Assembly: GCA_038231275.1 (NCBI GenBank) | Contig: JBBRLQ010000004.1 | Coordinates: forward strand, 320,001 to 384,000 | DNA length: 64,000 nt | Source of the DNA: Polyangiales bacterium | Lineage (GTDB): Bacteria; Myxococcota_A; Polyangia; Polyangiales; Polyangiaceae | Direction of reading: 5' to 3' | In this document: piece by piece, positions 19,007 to 29,123 of the stretch | How the letters are laid out: each line of letters starts with the position of its first letter | Position numbering within the stretch: the first letter of the stretch is position 1 | Made by a program: the position numbers and the translations under genes | Notes under the pieces: generated by a model | Told to the model about the DNA's origin: nothing | The model's input: the letters and a program-made list of their open reading frames with translations, nothing else | The model's database searches: none

Positions 19007-20470
19007 ATGCCTCGGTGGACTCTGTTGCATCGTCTGAAACGAAGGGTCGCTGTCGCGCGCCGAGCAAGGCGGTGGGCGCGCGGGCGACCCGAAAAGGCCC
19101 TATTTTACCGCGCGGCGGCGGAGGTCTCACGCCTCGCGTGGCCCATCGCGGCCGCCATGTTGGGCGAAGTAGCGATCGGCCTCGTCGATACGAAGCTCGT
19201 CGGAGCCCTCGGCGCGGAGGCGATCGGCGGCGTCGGCGTCGCGAACGTCCTGATGTTCCTCGGGTACTCGATCGTCTTCGGGTTGATGCGCGGCGTGAAG
19301 ATACGGACCGCGTACTCCGTAGGCCGCGGCGCACCCGAGGAGGGTGCTCGGTACGCGCTCGCCGGCGTCGTGATGGGCGGCGCGATCGGGACCGTCCTCT
19401 TCGTCCTCGCGCGCGATGCGTCTCCCGTGCTCACGCTGCTCGGCGTCGACGGGGCGCTCGTGCCGTACGGCCGCGACTTCTTGGCGGCGGTCACCTGCGG
19501 CGCGCCGGCGACGTGCGCGCTCACGGCGCTGGTTCAACATCGGCAGGGCGTCGGTGATTCTCGTACGCCGATGATCGTCGGACTCGCCGGCAACCTCGTG
19601 AACGCAATGCTGGCGTGGTCGCTCATTTACGGCCACTTGGGCCTACCTGCGCTCGGCGTGAGTGGCGGCGGCTACGGCACCGCGATCACCGAGTGGCTCG
19701 AGCTCGTCGTGATGCTCGGCCTCCTGTTGCGAGACGCGCGGCGCGACAGCCACGCGATCCGTGTCTCGTCTCGTGTCTCGGCCCGCGCTAGCCGCCTCTC
19801 CCTCCGCGTCGCCGCGCGCGAGGTCTGCGAGCTGGGATTGCCGACCGGCGCGCAGTTCGGCGCGGAGATGCTCGCGTTCACCGCCTTCACCGCGATCCTA
19901 GGCGGACTCGGCCGCGTCGAGATTGCGGCGCACCAGATCGCGCTCGCGACGATCCGCGTCTCGTTCCTCCCCGGCATCGCGATCGGAGAGGCCGCGAGCG
20001 TCCTCGTCGGCCAAGCGCTGGCGACCCGAAGGCTCGCAAGCGCCGATCGCATCACCGGCGCGGCCGTCGCGGTCGCGGTCGCGTTCATGGCGGCGTGTGG
20101 AATCGCCTTCGCGACGCTCGGCAGCGTGATCGCGCGCGCGTTCACGCCCGACGCGGAGGTCAGGCACGTCGTCGTGCGCCTTCTCATGGTCGCCGCGGTG
20201 TTCCAGGTGCTCGACGCGGCAAACATCGTCCTCCGCGGCGCGCTGCGCGGAGCGAAGGACGTGCGCGTGCCGGCGTACATCGGAATCGGCGTCATCTGGA
20301 CGTGCGTACCGACCGCCGCGTACGTCCTCGGCAAGCTCGCCGGCTGGGGCGCGGTCGGCGGCTGGGTCGGCTTCATCGGAGAGACCGTCTTCGCGACGAT
20401 CCTTTTCACCTGGCGCTGGCGACGGGGCGCGTGGCGGCTCGCAGAAAACTTGCGATCGGAGGCGAGGTGA
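19007..20470 (+). CDS. MATE family efflux transporter
   Basis: LAWPI, VDTKLVGALG, GDSRTPM, LGVSGGG..T, GLPTG, IAAHQIA, GALRGAKD; about 12 TMs. Confidence 0.9.
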   Translation: MPRWTLLHRLKRRVAVARRARRWARGRPEKALFYRAAAEVSRLAWPIAAAMLGEVAIGLVDTKLVGALGAEAIGGVGVANVLMFLGYSIVFGLMRGVKIRTAYSVGRGAPEEGARYALAGVVMGGAIGTVLFVLARDASPVLTLLGVDGALVPYGRDFLAAVTCGAPATCALTALVQHRQGVGDSRTPMIVGLAGNLVNAMLAWSLIYGHLGLPALGVSGGGYGTAITEWLELVVMLGLLLRDARRDSHAIRVSSRVSARASRLSLRVAAREVCELGLPTGAQFGAEMLAFTAFTAILGGLGRVEIAAHQIALATIRVSFLPGIAIGEAASVLVGQALATRRLASADRITGAAVAVAVAFMAACGIAFATLGSVIARAFTPDAEVRHVVVRLLMVAAVFQVLDAANIVLRGALRGAKDVRVPAYIGIGVIWTCVPTAAYVLGKLAGWGAVGGWVGFIGETVFATILFTWRWRRGAWRLAENLRSEAR

Positions 20471-20728
20471 GCCGTTGTAGATCCATCGTGGATCCTGTAC
20501 GGTGCAAAACTACAGTGTCAGCGGTGAAATCCCTGCCTGGTTTGTAGTCTCGTAACGATACATGGATCCAGGGCTTTTCGCCGCAGCGTGCAAGGTGCGC
20601 GGTACTGCGGGGGGTGTGGCACGAGCCCTGCTTATGTCCGACTCAGTGGGTGTACATCCTACACTGAGCGACATGGGTGGGCCACGAGTGACGATGATGC
20701 GGGCAGTCGGGCCCGCACGGAGAAGATC

Positions 20729-22249
20729 ATGAAATCGATTCGTAGCCTCGCGTTTCGTTTCGGCCTCAGCACGCTCGCCGTGGCGGCCACCTCGCTGGTC
20801 GGGGGCGCCGCTCGCGCGGACAGCACGCCGAGCCCGTCGGGGAAATGCGAGACCACGCTCCAGTGCTCGTCGGGGAACGCGTCGCTTCGCGCCCAGGGCC
20901 GCGGACCGTTCGTCACGACTGTGAGCACCGGATGGCTGCCGGCGTGCACGACGCCCGATCCGAAGGGCCACTGCATCGGGGATCAGGACCTCCAGTTCCG
21001 CGCGGACATCGCGCTCAACGCGCCCGAGGATCCGGCGCAGATGCTCTACGACGTCGACATGCGCAAGGGCGCGATCGTCGACGTGACGTGGCCCGACACC
21101 GACTCACTCACGCTGAAGCTCGCGGGCGGCGCGCAGACGGACGGCAACTTCGTCATCCAGCACACGCTCACGCCGAACGTCGGCGTCTACGTCGGCAAGG
21201 TCGGTCCCTTCAGCCTCGATAAGGAGTGGAACTGGGACGCGTCGGTGCTCGTTCAAGGCGCACCCGGCGCGCACTGGAACTACCTCGGCACCGGCACCTC
21301 GCAGTTCCTGCCGTGGGCGCTCGGCGGCACGTCGGTCGACGTAAAGGGACCCGATCTTGCCAACTCCCAGCTCTTCTCGGTCCCGCTCCAGAGCCTGCCC
21401 GGTCTGAGCGGGATCCTCGAAGGCACGCTCGGCATGAGCGCGACCACCTCGCCGACGTTCACGTACAAGACGACGAAGGTGAACTTCACCGGCGTCGGCA
21501 CGACGATCACCCAGGCGACCCCGAGCGCGAAGATCAAGGTGCAGAACGCCGACGCGATCGATCTCTTCGCGAGTGTCGAAGGTGAGCTCACGTTCACGGG
21601 AACGATGGAAGTCCTCCCCGTCCTGACGATCACGAAGATCTACTCGCTCGCGATCAACATCCAGATCCCGATCAGCATCGGCGCCAAGACCGACTACGAC
21701 AGCGGCAAGACGCCGTACGTTGTGACGTTCCCCGGCACCAAGATCCACGTGCCGCTCCCGAACCTCTCCGTGCCGAACGACCTCATCGACTTCGGGACGA
21801 TCAAGACGGGATCCCAGGCAGAGAAGAAGATCACCGTCAACAACACCGGCGAGCTCGGCGCGATCCTCAGCATCGAGAGCTCGGACCCGGCGTTCGTCGT
21901 CCCGTCGCCGCAAGCGCAGATGACGCAGAAGTCCACGTCCGATCTCGTCGTGCGCTACCAGCCGACCAAGGACGGGCCGGCGACGGCGACCATCACGGTG
22001 AAGTCGAACGATCCCGACGCGCCGGTCCAGACTTTCGACGTGAAGGGCAACGCCGAGCCGACCGCCGCCGCGCCGCCGCCCGGCAACACCGGTACGACGG
22101 AGCCGCCGGTGCCTGCCGCGCAGCCCGCCTCGAACAGCGGATGCGGCTGCCGCGTGACCTCGCCGACGATGTCCGGCGAAGCCGGGACGGCACTCCTCGG
22201 CCTCGCGGCCCTCGCGATCGTCCGCCGCCGCCGCACGTCGAAGAAGTAA
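20729..22249 (+). CDS. Exported surface protein with Ig-like (ASH/choice-of-anchor D) domain and MYXO-CTERM
   Basis: Signal peptide ending AARA; IDFG..ITVNNTG..SNDPD; C-terminal SGCGCRV...LLGLAALAIVRRRR. Confidence 0.8.
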   Translation: MKSIRSLAFRFGLSTLAVAATSLVGGAARADSTPSPSGKCETTLQCSSGNASLRAQGRGPFVTTVSTGWLPACTTPDPKGHCIGDQDLQFRADIALNAPEDPAQMLYDVDMRKGAIVDVTWPDTDSLTLKLAGGAQTDGNFVIQHTLTPNVGVYVGKVGPFSLDKEWNWDASVLVQGAPGAHWNYLGTGTSQFLPWALGGTSVDVKGPDLANSQLFSVPLQSLPGLSGILEGTLGMSATTSPTFTYKTTKVNFTGVGTTITQATPSAKIKVQNADAIDLFASVEGELTFTGTMEVLPVLTITKIYSLAINIQIPISIGAKTDYDSGKTPYVVTFPGTKIHVPLPNLSVPNDLIDFGTIKTGSQAEKKITVNNTGELGAILSIESSDPAFVVPSPQAQMTQKSTSDLVVRYQPTKDGPATATITVKSNDPDAPVQTFDVKGNAEPTAAAPPPGNTGTTEPPVPAAQPASNSGCGCRVTSPTMSGEAGTALLGLAALAIVRRRRTSKK

Positions 22250-22343
22250 GCGCGCACCTTCGCGCTCGTTTTGCGGTACGGGCTGCCTCTTCGTGAGGCG
22301 GCCCGTTCGCGTATCTGGCGCCCGTCGCTTTGCTCCGAACTGC

Positions 22344-22356
22344 GTAACCAGGTTAC
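22344..22356. promoter_or_regulatory. Candidate GntR operator GTAAC-CAG-GTTAC
   Basis: Inverted repeat immediately before the GntR start; identical 13-mer at 10465-10477. Confidence 0.65.
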
Positions 22357-22368
22357 TCTGTGAGCACG

Positions 22369-23091
22369 ATGCCGCGCCCCGCCGCCGTGAAGCCGCCGCC
22401 TCTCGAGTGGGCGCAGCCTCCCGAGTCGCAGGCGCGGATGCGCGCGGCCGATCACGTCTTCGAGGCCGTCGCTGGCGCCATCCTCCAAGGCAAGGTGGCG
22501 CCGGGTGACGCGCTTCCGCCGGAGCGCGAGCTGGCGATGCGCTTCGACATCTCGCGCGTGCTCGTGCGTGAGGCGATCCACAAGCTGAAGGAGCTGGGTC
22601 TGGTCCGCGTTCGGCAAGGCGGGCAGACGATCGTCCTCGATCCGGAGCTCTCGACCGACCCGCGCGTGACGATGCTCAACTTCGAGCTCGCCGCGCCGAT
22701 GGGCGCCGCGGTGCGCGACATGGCCGAGCGCCAGCTCGTGCAGGGAATGGTGCTCCTCGAGCTCGCGGAGCCGAGGTGCGTGACCGCCAACATCGACGAG
22801 CTAGACAAGACGATCGACGACTACGCAGCGGCGGGCACAGAGGCGGCGCCGATGTTCATCATGCAGTTCTGGACGACGGTCGCGAAGGCCACGCAGAACC
22901 AGATCCTGCTTCGCGAGACGCGCTTCTGGTTCCAGCTCGCGTCGCGACGAATGGGCGGCGCGCCTCCCGGAATGTCGCTCACCCACGAAGAGCGCCTCGC
23001 GATGCACCGCGGCGTCACCGAGCGCCTGCGCCGTCGCGGGGGCGCCTCCGATTACTACATGTCGATCATGCGAAAGCACCTCGCGCGCTGA
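22369..23091 (+). CDS. GntR/FadR-family transcriptional regulator
   Basis: PGDALPPERELAMRFDISRVLVREAI..L..LGLV wHTH; FCD-like C-terminus (ATQNQIL). Confidence 0.9.
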   Translation: MPRPAAVKPPPLEWAQPPESQARMRAADHVFEAVAGAILQGKVAPGDALPPERELAMRFDISRVLVREAIHKLKELGLVRVRQGGQTIVLDPELSTDPRVTMLNFELAAPMGAAVRDMAERQLVQGMVLLELAEPRCVTANIDELDKTIDDYAAAGTEAAPMFIMQFWTTVAKATQNQILLRETRFWFQLASRRMGGAPPGMSLTHEERLAMHRGVTERLRRRGGASDYYMSIMRKHLAR

Positions 23092-23215
23092 TCGAACCGT
23101 CGCGTTCGAATTTTACACGCCCGGCTGCAGCGCGGACTGGACATGGTGATCCAGTTTGCATGGAGGCCGCGAGGGCGAGACGCGTAAAAGAAGCGCAAAC
23201 TCCCTAAAAACAGGC

Positions 23216-23231
23216 TGGCGCGCCGGTTGCT
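23216..23231 (+). promoter_or_regulatory. Sigma54 (-24/-12) promoter
   Basis: TGGCGCG-CCGG-TTGCT gives GG-N10-GC, preceded by A-tracts. Confidence 0.7.
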
Positions 23232-23259
23232 GAGGACCCTTCAGTGAAAGAGGGTAACC

Positions 23260-23745
23260 ATGTTGCGCTGCTGGAAAATTCTCGGAGGAGCCGCGTGGTT
23301 GGCTGCGACAGGATGCTCGTCGCCCGATCCGTCGCAGCTCTTGTCCTCCTCGTCGCGGGGGCCTGGCCGCGCGGGGACCTCGGCGCCGCAGGACGCAGGC
23401 ACGCAAGGCGCGACGACGACGCCTTCCACTCCACCGAGCGCGCCGCCACCCCCTTCCCTCCCGAGCACGGACGCGAGCGCGGGCGGCGTTCCGCTGACCG
23501 CCGATGCTTCGCCCCCGCCGCCGACTCCCAACGGATCGTGCGCCACGCCGAAATGCGGCGCGACCACCGACGGGTGCGGCTGCGTCGCCAAGACGGATCA
23601 AGGCGACGTGGTCGTCCTCGGCTGCGATGGGACGGGCTGCGTGTGCGGCCGCGGACAGACCGTCGATCAACAATTCGCGCAAAGCGGCGCGTGCGACTCC
23701 GACGCGACGATGCTCGCGGCGTGGGCGAGCTGCACCTGCCCCTGA
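23260..23745 (+). CDS. Cys-rich lipoprotein with Pro/Ser linker
   Basis: Lipobox LAATG-C; small C-terminal Cys-rich domain. Confidence 0.65.
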   Translation: MLRCWKILGGAAWLAATGCSSPDPSQLLSSSSRGPGRAGTSAPQDAGTQGATTTPSTPPSAPPPPSLPSTDASAGGVPLTADASPPPPTPNGSCATPKCGATTDGCGCVAKTDQGDVVVLGCDGTGCVCGRGQTVDQQFAQSGACDSDATMLAAWASCTCP

Positions 23746-23882
23746 AACGCGCACGCTCCGGCCCTACACCGCTCCATTCGAAAAGAGACGAGAAGTGGAC
23801 GAAGTGCCCCGCTTTGCAGCGTTTTCGGGCGCCGCGGCGACGAAGTGCTAGAGCTTGGATCTTGCGAACGCACGGATCCAGC

Positions 23883-24674
23883 TTGAGGCGTAGCCTCTCC
23901 CTTCTCGTGGTCGCCGCGTGCGGGGGTACGACGCACATCGTCATCGACGGGGACGGCGGCTCCACCCCTCCGCCTCCTCCCCCGAACGACGCAGGGGCGG
24001 ACTCGACGACGCCTCCACCGGACAGCGGCCCCACGCCCGACGGCGGCCCCGGTGACGACGCCGGACCCAAGGACTCTGGACCCGCGCCAACCGGCTGGGA
24101 CGGCGGATTTCCGGGACCGATCACGTGCCCGGGCCCCGGAACGTGGATCAACAACGGCGGCGCCGGCTGCGGCGCGGAGCGCTGGACGATCAAGACCGGC
24201 ACCGACACGGCCGCCGCGGGCATCAGCCTCCTCCCGAAGCTGACGACGATCCAGGATTTGCAGCTGATTCCCGCGCCCACCACCTTCCCGCAGACGACGC
24301 GCATCGCGCCAACGGAGAAGACGGTCTTCGCGCTCAAGGACGTGCGCCTCGCGTTCGGGCGCCTCGAAGGCGACAGCGACTATCACCTGATGCTGAGCGA
24401 TCTGGTCCGGACGATCATCACGGAAATTCCCTTCCCCGGGGGCTGCACGGACGGCAGCTCGTGGCAGTGCCTCATCTCCCACGCGCGCTCCACCGTCGAC
24501 GCGCAGAATCTCGGCATCACGAGCGCCGGGAAGAACTTCAACACGGTCGTATCGGTCATCGGCGTCGGATTTTTCGATCCGGAGCACGGCCAGTACGGAG
24601 CCGCGCCGAACACCATCGAGCTTCACCCGCTGCTCGGCATCTGCTTCGGGGCCGGCTGCGATCCCAGCAAGTGA
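23883..24674 (+). CDS. Hypothetical lipoprotein (Pro-rich linker plus beta/OB-like domain)
   Basis: LVVAA-C; CGAERWTIKT, EGDSDYHL, GVGFFD.EHGQ, IELHP. Start uncertain (TTG 23862 or 23883). Confidence 0.6.
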   Translation: MRRSLSLLVVAACGGTTHIVIDGDGGSTPPPPPPNDAGADSTTPPPDSGPTPDGGPGDDAGPKDSGPAPTGWDGGFPGPITCPGPGTWINNGGAGCGAERWTIKTGTDTAAAGISLLPKLTTIQDLQLIPAPTTFPQTTRIAPTEKTVFALKDVRLAFGRLEGDSDYHLMLSDLVRTIITEIPFPGGCTDGSSWQCLISHARSTVDAQNLGITSAGKNFNTVVSVIGVGFFDPEHGQYGAAPNTIELHPLLGICFGAGCDPSK

Positions 24675-24684
24675 CGAGTCGTTC

Positions 24685-25092
24685 GTGCGACCGGCGACCG
24701 TTCTCGGGGTGATCGCGGCCGCGGCGTTGCTCCTCGGGGCGATCGTCGGCGTCCGGCGGTGCAGCGACGACGCGAAGGCCGCCAAGCTGAAGGCGGTCGA
24801 CGTCGAGGTCGCCTGTCCCGACGCGCGCCCCCTCGGGCCGGATTGCGCGCCGTGCATCGCCGCATTTTGCTGCGCGGAAATGCGCGTGTGCTACGGATCC
24901 AGCGATTGCATCGACCTGAATGACTGCTACGTCCGTTCAGGTGAAAATGAGGGGCAGGCAGGGACTCAGGGGTCCCGCGCTGCCGCGTGTTTGCGCGAAC
25001 ATTCGACTTCTGCAACGTCCTTCTTGGCATGGGACGGATGTGCGCGTAAGAACTGCGAGGACGTCTGCCCCCGCGGACCCGAGGAGGATTGA
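24685..25092 (+). CDS. Membrane-anchored Cys-rich protein
   Basis: N-terminal TM; C-x2-C-x4-CC-x5-C-x5-C-x5-C pattern. Confidence 0.65.
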   Translation: MRPATVLGVIAAAALLLGAIVGVRRCSDDAKAAKLKAVDVEVACPDARPLGPDCAPCIAAFCCAEMRVCYGSSDCIDLNDCYVRSGENEGQAGTQGSRAAACLREHSTSATSFLAWDGCARKNCEDVCPRGPEED

Positions 25093-25095
25093 GCC

Positions 25096-25899
25096 GTGCC
25101 GACGAACAAGACTCTGTTTTTTGGGCTTCTCGCCGCTTGCGCCCTCTTTCCCCGCGCCGCGCTCGCGGACGGTCCGGCGACGAGCGACACGCCGGAGCCG
25201 CCGGTCATCACGCGTGACGTCAAGACGGAGATCCCGAACGTCGCGTACGCGTACCAGGCGCACGGGGTCTCGGCGCGGAACGTCGGCGTGATGGCCTACG
25301 GCGTCGGCCTCGGTGGACGCGGCCAGAAAGCGACCCTCGGCGGCGGCGGCGCCGTGTGGGGCTCGCCGATCGATCGGCTGACGCTCATCGGTGACGGCTC
25401 GCGGAACGTCGTCGGCAACTTCTCTCCGTCGATCGCCGCCGTCTTCCGCATCCTCGGCACGCCCAACGACGGGTTCACGCTCGGCGCGCTCGGCAAGTAC
25501 AAGGTCGAAGGCTTCGGCACCGGGCCCGGCGGCGAAACCGAGTCGGAGATCGAAGGCGGCCTCCTCCTCTCGTACGCAAAGTACGGCTGGCACATGGACC
25601 TGAACGCCATCAGCGGCTTCGGGACCGGCGACGACGGCGAGATCGACGGCGAGGGGCGCTTCCGCCTGAACCACGAGATCGGCCGTTACGTGCGGCTCGG
25701 CGTCGACAGCCAGGCGCGCTACCGCATGGCCGGCGACAGGAAGCTCCCGGGCAACCGAAACGGCGACTTCGCGGCCGGCCCGCAGGTGATCATCGGCTCG
25801 AGCAACTTCTTCGGCTCGGTCACGACCGGCGCGGCTACGACGGGCATCGTCAACCAGGTCGGGTGGACGAGCATCCTCTCGATCGGCGGCAGCACCTAG
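25096..25899 (+). CDS. Exported protein, possible outer-membrane beta-barrel
   Basis: Signal peptide ending ALA; alternating Gly/aromatic amphipathic strands. Confidence 0.6.
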   Translation: MPTNKTLFFGLLAACALFPRAALADGPATSDTPEPPVITRDVKTEIPNVAYAYQAHGVSARNVGVMAYGVGLGGRGQKATLGGGGAVWGSPIDRLTLIGDGSRNVVGNFSPSIAAVFRILGTPNDGFTLGALGKYKVEGFGTGPGGETESEIEGGLLLSYAKYGWHMDLNAISGFGTGDDGEIDGEGRFRLNHEIGRYVRLGVDSQARYRMAGDRKLPGNRNGDFAAGPQVIIGSSNFFGSVTTGAATTGIVNQVGWTSILSIGGST

Positions 25900-25994
25900 A
25901 GCGGGCGCACCGCACGGTTTGGCGCGCACGATCTGCGTGCCTGTACAAGTTGGCCGAACGTGCGCATGTTGTCGCGGTGACGGAGACGTCCACC

Positions 25995-26198
25995 ATGGCG
26001 ACCTACGAAATTCAGGGCATGACGTGCCAGCACTGCGTCCGCTCGGTGGAGCGCGCGCTCGCGAAGGTTCCGGGCGTGGTCCGCGTCGACGAGGTCAACC
26101 TGGAGCGTGGCGTTGCGCGCATCGAAGGCGGCGCCACCGATGAGGCGGTGCTTCGCGCGATCGAGGACGAGGGATACCGCGCGCGGCGCGCGAGCTGA
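25995..26198 (+). CDS. copZ: Copper chaperone (HMA domain)
   Basis: GMTCQHC; 67 aa; directly upstream of the P1B ATPase. Confidence 0.9.
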   Translation: MATYEIQGMTCQHCVRSVERALAKVPGVVRVDEVNLERGVARIEGGATDEAVLRAIEDEGYRARRAS

Positions 26199-26200
26199 GC

Positions 26201-28459
26201 GTGGCCGTGGAGCCGTCGGAGCTCACGTTCGAAGTGCACGGCATGACGTGCGCGAGCTGCGTCGGGCGCGTGGAGCGTGCGCTCCGCAAGGTCGATGGCG
26301 TCGCAGGCGCGAGCGTGAACCTGGCGACCAACCGCGCCACGGTGACGAGCGCGGGCGAGCGCGGTCCGTCTGCGTTGCGGCCGCTCCTCTACACGGCCGT
26401 TCACGACGCCGGCTACGAGGCCGCCGACGTCCCAAAGACCGCCGACGAGGCCGCCCACGCGGAGGAGACGGAGCTCAGGCTCGCGCGCCGTGACGCGCTC
26501 GTCGCCGGCGCGTTCGCGCTTCCGCTCGTCGTGCTCTCGATGGTCCCGATGGCGGTGCCGGCGCTTCACGCGCTGCTGCACCCGCTCCCCGAGATTCTGA
26601 TGGGATGGGGCGGCCTCGCGCTCGCGGCGCCGGTGCAGCTCTGGGCGGCGCGCCATTTCTACGTGCGCGCGTGGTCGGAGGTCAGGCAGGGGAGCCTAGG
26701 AATGAGCACGCTCGTCGCGCTCGGTAGCTCGGCGGCGTTCGGATACTCGCTCGTCGCGCTCGTGGCGCCCGGCGCGTTTCCGCCGGGGACCGCGCACACG
26801 TACTTCGAAGCGTCGGCGTCGATCGTCGCGTTGATCCTCCTCGGAAAGTACTTCGAGGCGCGCGCGAAAGGGCGGTCCGCCGCGGCGCTGACGAAGCTGC
26901 TCCGCCTCGGCGCGAAGACAGCGCGCGTACGGCGCGACGGGGTCGAGAGCGATCTGCCCATCGACGACGTCGTCGTGGGCGACGAGATCGCGGTGGTACC
27001 GGGAGAGCGTGTGCCCACCGATGGGGTGATCCTCGAAGGCGAGAGCTTCGTCGACGAGTCAATGATCACCGGAGAGCCCACGCCGGTGGAAAAGGGTCCG
27101 GGCGCGCAGGTCACAGGTGGCACGGTGAACGGCAACGGCGCGTTCAGCTTCCGCGCGACGCGCGTGGGCAAAGAGACGCTCCTCGCGCGCATCGTGCACG
27201 CCGTCGAGAGCGCGCAGGCCGGCAAGCCGCGCGTGCAGGAGCTCGCCGATCGGATCGCCGCGGTGTTCGTGCCGGCGGTCCTCGCCGCGGCGGCGCTCAC
27301 CTTCGCGGCGTGGTGGTTCTTCGGGCCGGCGCCTGCGCTGTCGCGCGCGTTCGTCGCCGCGGTCTCGGTCCTCGTCATCGCGTGCCCTTGCGCCATGGGC
27401 CTCGCGACGCCGACCGCGGTCCTCGTGGCCACCGGCCGCGCCGCCGAGCTAGGCGTGCTGTTTCGGAAAGGCGCGGCGCTGGAGGGGCTCGCCGCCGCGA
27501 CCACGGTCCTTCTGGACAAGACGGGCACGTTGACCGAAGGGCGGCCCGCGCTCACCGACGTCCACGCGGTCGGCGACGTCGCCGAAGCCGACGCGCTCCG
27601 ACTGATCGCAGCGGCCGAGGCGCGCAGCGAGCACCCGATCGGCCGCGCCATCGTGTCCGGCGCGAAGGCGCGTTCACTCACGCTTCCGAAAGCGGAGGGC
27701 GTGAAGGCCGAGGCGGGGCTCGGCTTCACCGCCATGGTCGAAGGACGACGCGTGCAGGTCGGCGCCGCGCGCTTCATGGAGCGCCTCGGGATCGCGCTCG
27801 ACGACCACGCCGCGCTCCTCGCGCGCTTGGCAAACGAGGCGAAGACCCCCGTGCTCGCTGCCATCGACGGCAAGCTCGCGGCGATCCTCGCGGTGTCCGA
27901 TCCCGTGCGGGCCGAGAGCGCCGAGATGGTCCGCGCGCTCGAGGCTTCGGGGCTCGAGGTCGGCATGGTGACCGGAGACGATCGACGCACGGCCGACGCC
28001 GTCGCGGGCGCGCTCGGGATTCGGACCGTGCACGCCGAGATGCTGCCGGTCGCCAAAGCAGAGGAGATCGCGCGACTTCAGGCGGCCGGTCGCCGCGTCG
28101 TGTTCGTCGGCGACGGCGTCAACGACGCGCCCGCCCTCGCGCGCGCCGATGTGGGCGTCGCGATGGGAGGCGGCACCGACGTCGCCATCGAGTCGGGCGA
28201 CGTCGTCCTCGTGCGCGGAAACCTGCGCGCGCTTCTCGACGCCCACGCCCTGAGCCGCCGCGCGGTGGCGACGATCCGTCAGAATTTCTTCTGGGCCTAT
28301 GCCTACAACGTGGCCCTCGTGCCGCTCGCGGCAGGGGCCTTCTATCCGCTCGTTCAGATGATGCTGTCGCCGGTGCTCGCGGCGGCGGCGATGAGCTCGA
28401 GCAGCCTGTTCGTCGTCGGCAACAGCTTGCGTCTGCGCCGCTTCACACGAAGCGCCTGA
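26201..28459 (+). CDS. copA: Cu(I)-translocating P1B-type ATPase
   Basis: GMTCASC, TGE, CPC, DKTGT, SEHP, GDGVND, YN, MSSSS. Confidence 0.95.
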   Translation: MAVEPSELTFEVHGMTCASCVGRVERALRKVDGVAGASVNLATNRATVTSAGERGPSALRPLLYTAVHDAGYEAADVPKTADEAAHAEETELRLARRDALVAGAFALPLVVLSMVPMAVPALHALLHPLPEILMGWGGLALAAPVQLWAARHFYVRAWSEVRQGSLGMSTLVALGSSAAFGYSLVALVAPGAFPPGTAHTYFEASASIVALILLGKYFEARAKGRSAAALTKLLRLGAKTARVRRDGVESDLPIDDVVVGDEIAVVPGERVPTDGVILEGESFVDESMITGEPTPVEKGPGAQVTGGTVNGNGAFSFRATRVGKETLLARIVHAVESAQAGKPRVQELADRIAAVFVPAVLAAAALTFAAWWFFGPAPALSRAFVAAVSVLVIACPCAMGLATPTAVLVATGRAAELGVLFRKGAALEGLAAATTVLLDKTGTLTEGRPALTDVHAVGDVAEADALRLIAAAEARSEHPIGRAIVSGAKARSLTLPKAEGVKAEAGLGFTAMVEGRRVQVGAARFMERLGIALDDHAALLARLANEAKTPVLAAIDGKLAAILAVSDPVRAESAEMVRALEASGLEVGMVTGDDRRTADAVAGALGIRTVHAEMLPVAKAEEIARLQAAGRRVVFVGDGVNDAPALARADVGVAMGGGTDVAIESGDVVLVRGNLRALLDAHALSRRAVATIRQNFFWAYAYNVALVPLAAGAFYPLVQMMLSPVLAAAAMSSSSLFVVGNSLRLRRFTRSA

Positions 28460-28518
28460 GCCGGCGCCCATGCGCCGCGCCCGGCCCAGCCGCGCTACGT
28501 CCCCATCCCGGGATTCAA

Positions 28519-28556
28519 CCGTTCCTGTACGAAGTCTCCGAAAAGTACAGGAACGG
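28519..28556. terminator. Hairpin between convergent copA and tRNA-Pro
   Basis: CCGTTCCTGTAC ... GTACAGGAACGG: 12-bp perfect stem, 14-nt loop, no clear U-tract. Confidence 0.5.
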
Positions 28557-28600
28557 CAGAAGCCTCGAGGATGTCTGCGGCCTGCGGCCCGTCAGAAATA

Positions 28601-28676
<76 letters not shown>

Positions 28677-28751
28677 AACCGCCGTCGCCGAAGCGGCAGC
28701 CCCGGGAACCTCGCACATGGGGTGGGCTCTCCGCAAGCCCGATCGCAAGGC

Positions 28752-29123
28752 TCAGCCGCTCAAGGTGACCGCGTAGGCCTCCGGCCGGAAGCCGACGAGG
28801 ACCGCGAGGCCTGGCCCCTCGACGACGAGCACCGGCCGTTTCACGAGCTTGCCGTCGCGCGTGAGCCAGGCGGTGACCTCCGCGTCGGACGCGGCGTCGA
28901 CCTTCTCCTTGCCGAGCGCGCGGTAGCTCTGGCCGCTCGTGTTCAGCCACTTTCGCACCGAGAGGCCGCTGGCGGGCACCCACGCACGGAGCTCCGCGGC
29001 GGTGGGCGGCTCTTCGACGATGGGACGCAGCGTGTATTTTACACCCTTATCGGAGAGCCACTTCAGGGCCTTCTTGCAGGTGCTGCAGCCGGCGTAGGCG
29101 AGGACGGTGACGGCTTGGGCCAT
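28752..29123 (-). CDS. ArsC/Spx/YffB family protein
   Basis: CSTCKKALKWL, NTSGQSYR, LVKRP. Confidence 0.9.
   Translation of the reverse strand: MAQAVTVLAYAGCSTCKKALKWLSDKGVKYTLRPIVEEPPTAAELRAWVPASGLSVRKWLNTSGQSYRALGKEKVDAASDAEVTAWLTRDGKLVKRPVLVVEGPGLAVLVGFRPEAYAVTLSG

Noticed and set aside
20476-20575. Possible riboswitch upstream of the MYXO-CTERM gene (ACTACA/TGTAGT stem, GATCCA/TGGATC)
   Set aside because: Short stems only, with no recognisable aptamer consensus; an Rfam search would be needed.
29063-29123. 61-bp overlap of the PHP hydrolase tail with the ArsC-like gene start
   Set aside because: A low-complexity Pro/Ala tail, most likely simple stop-codon drift.
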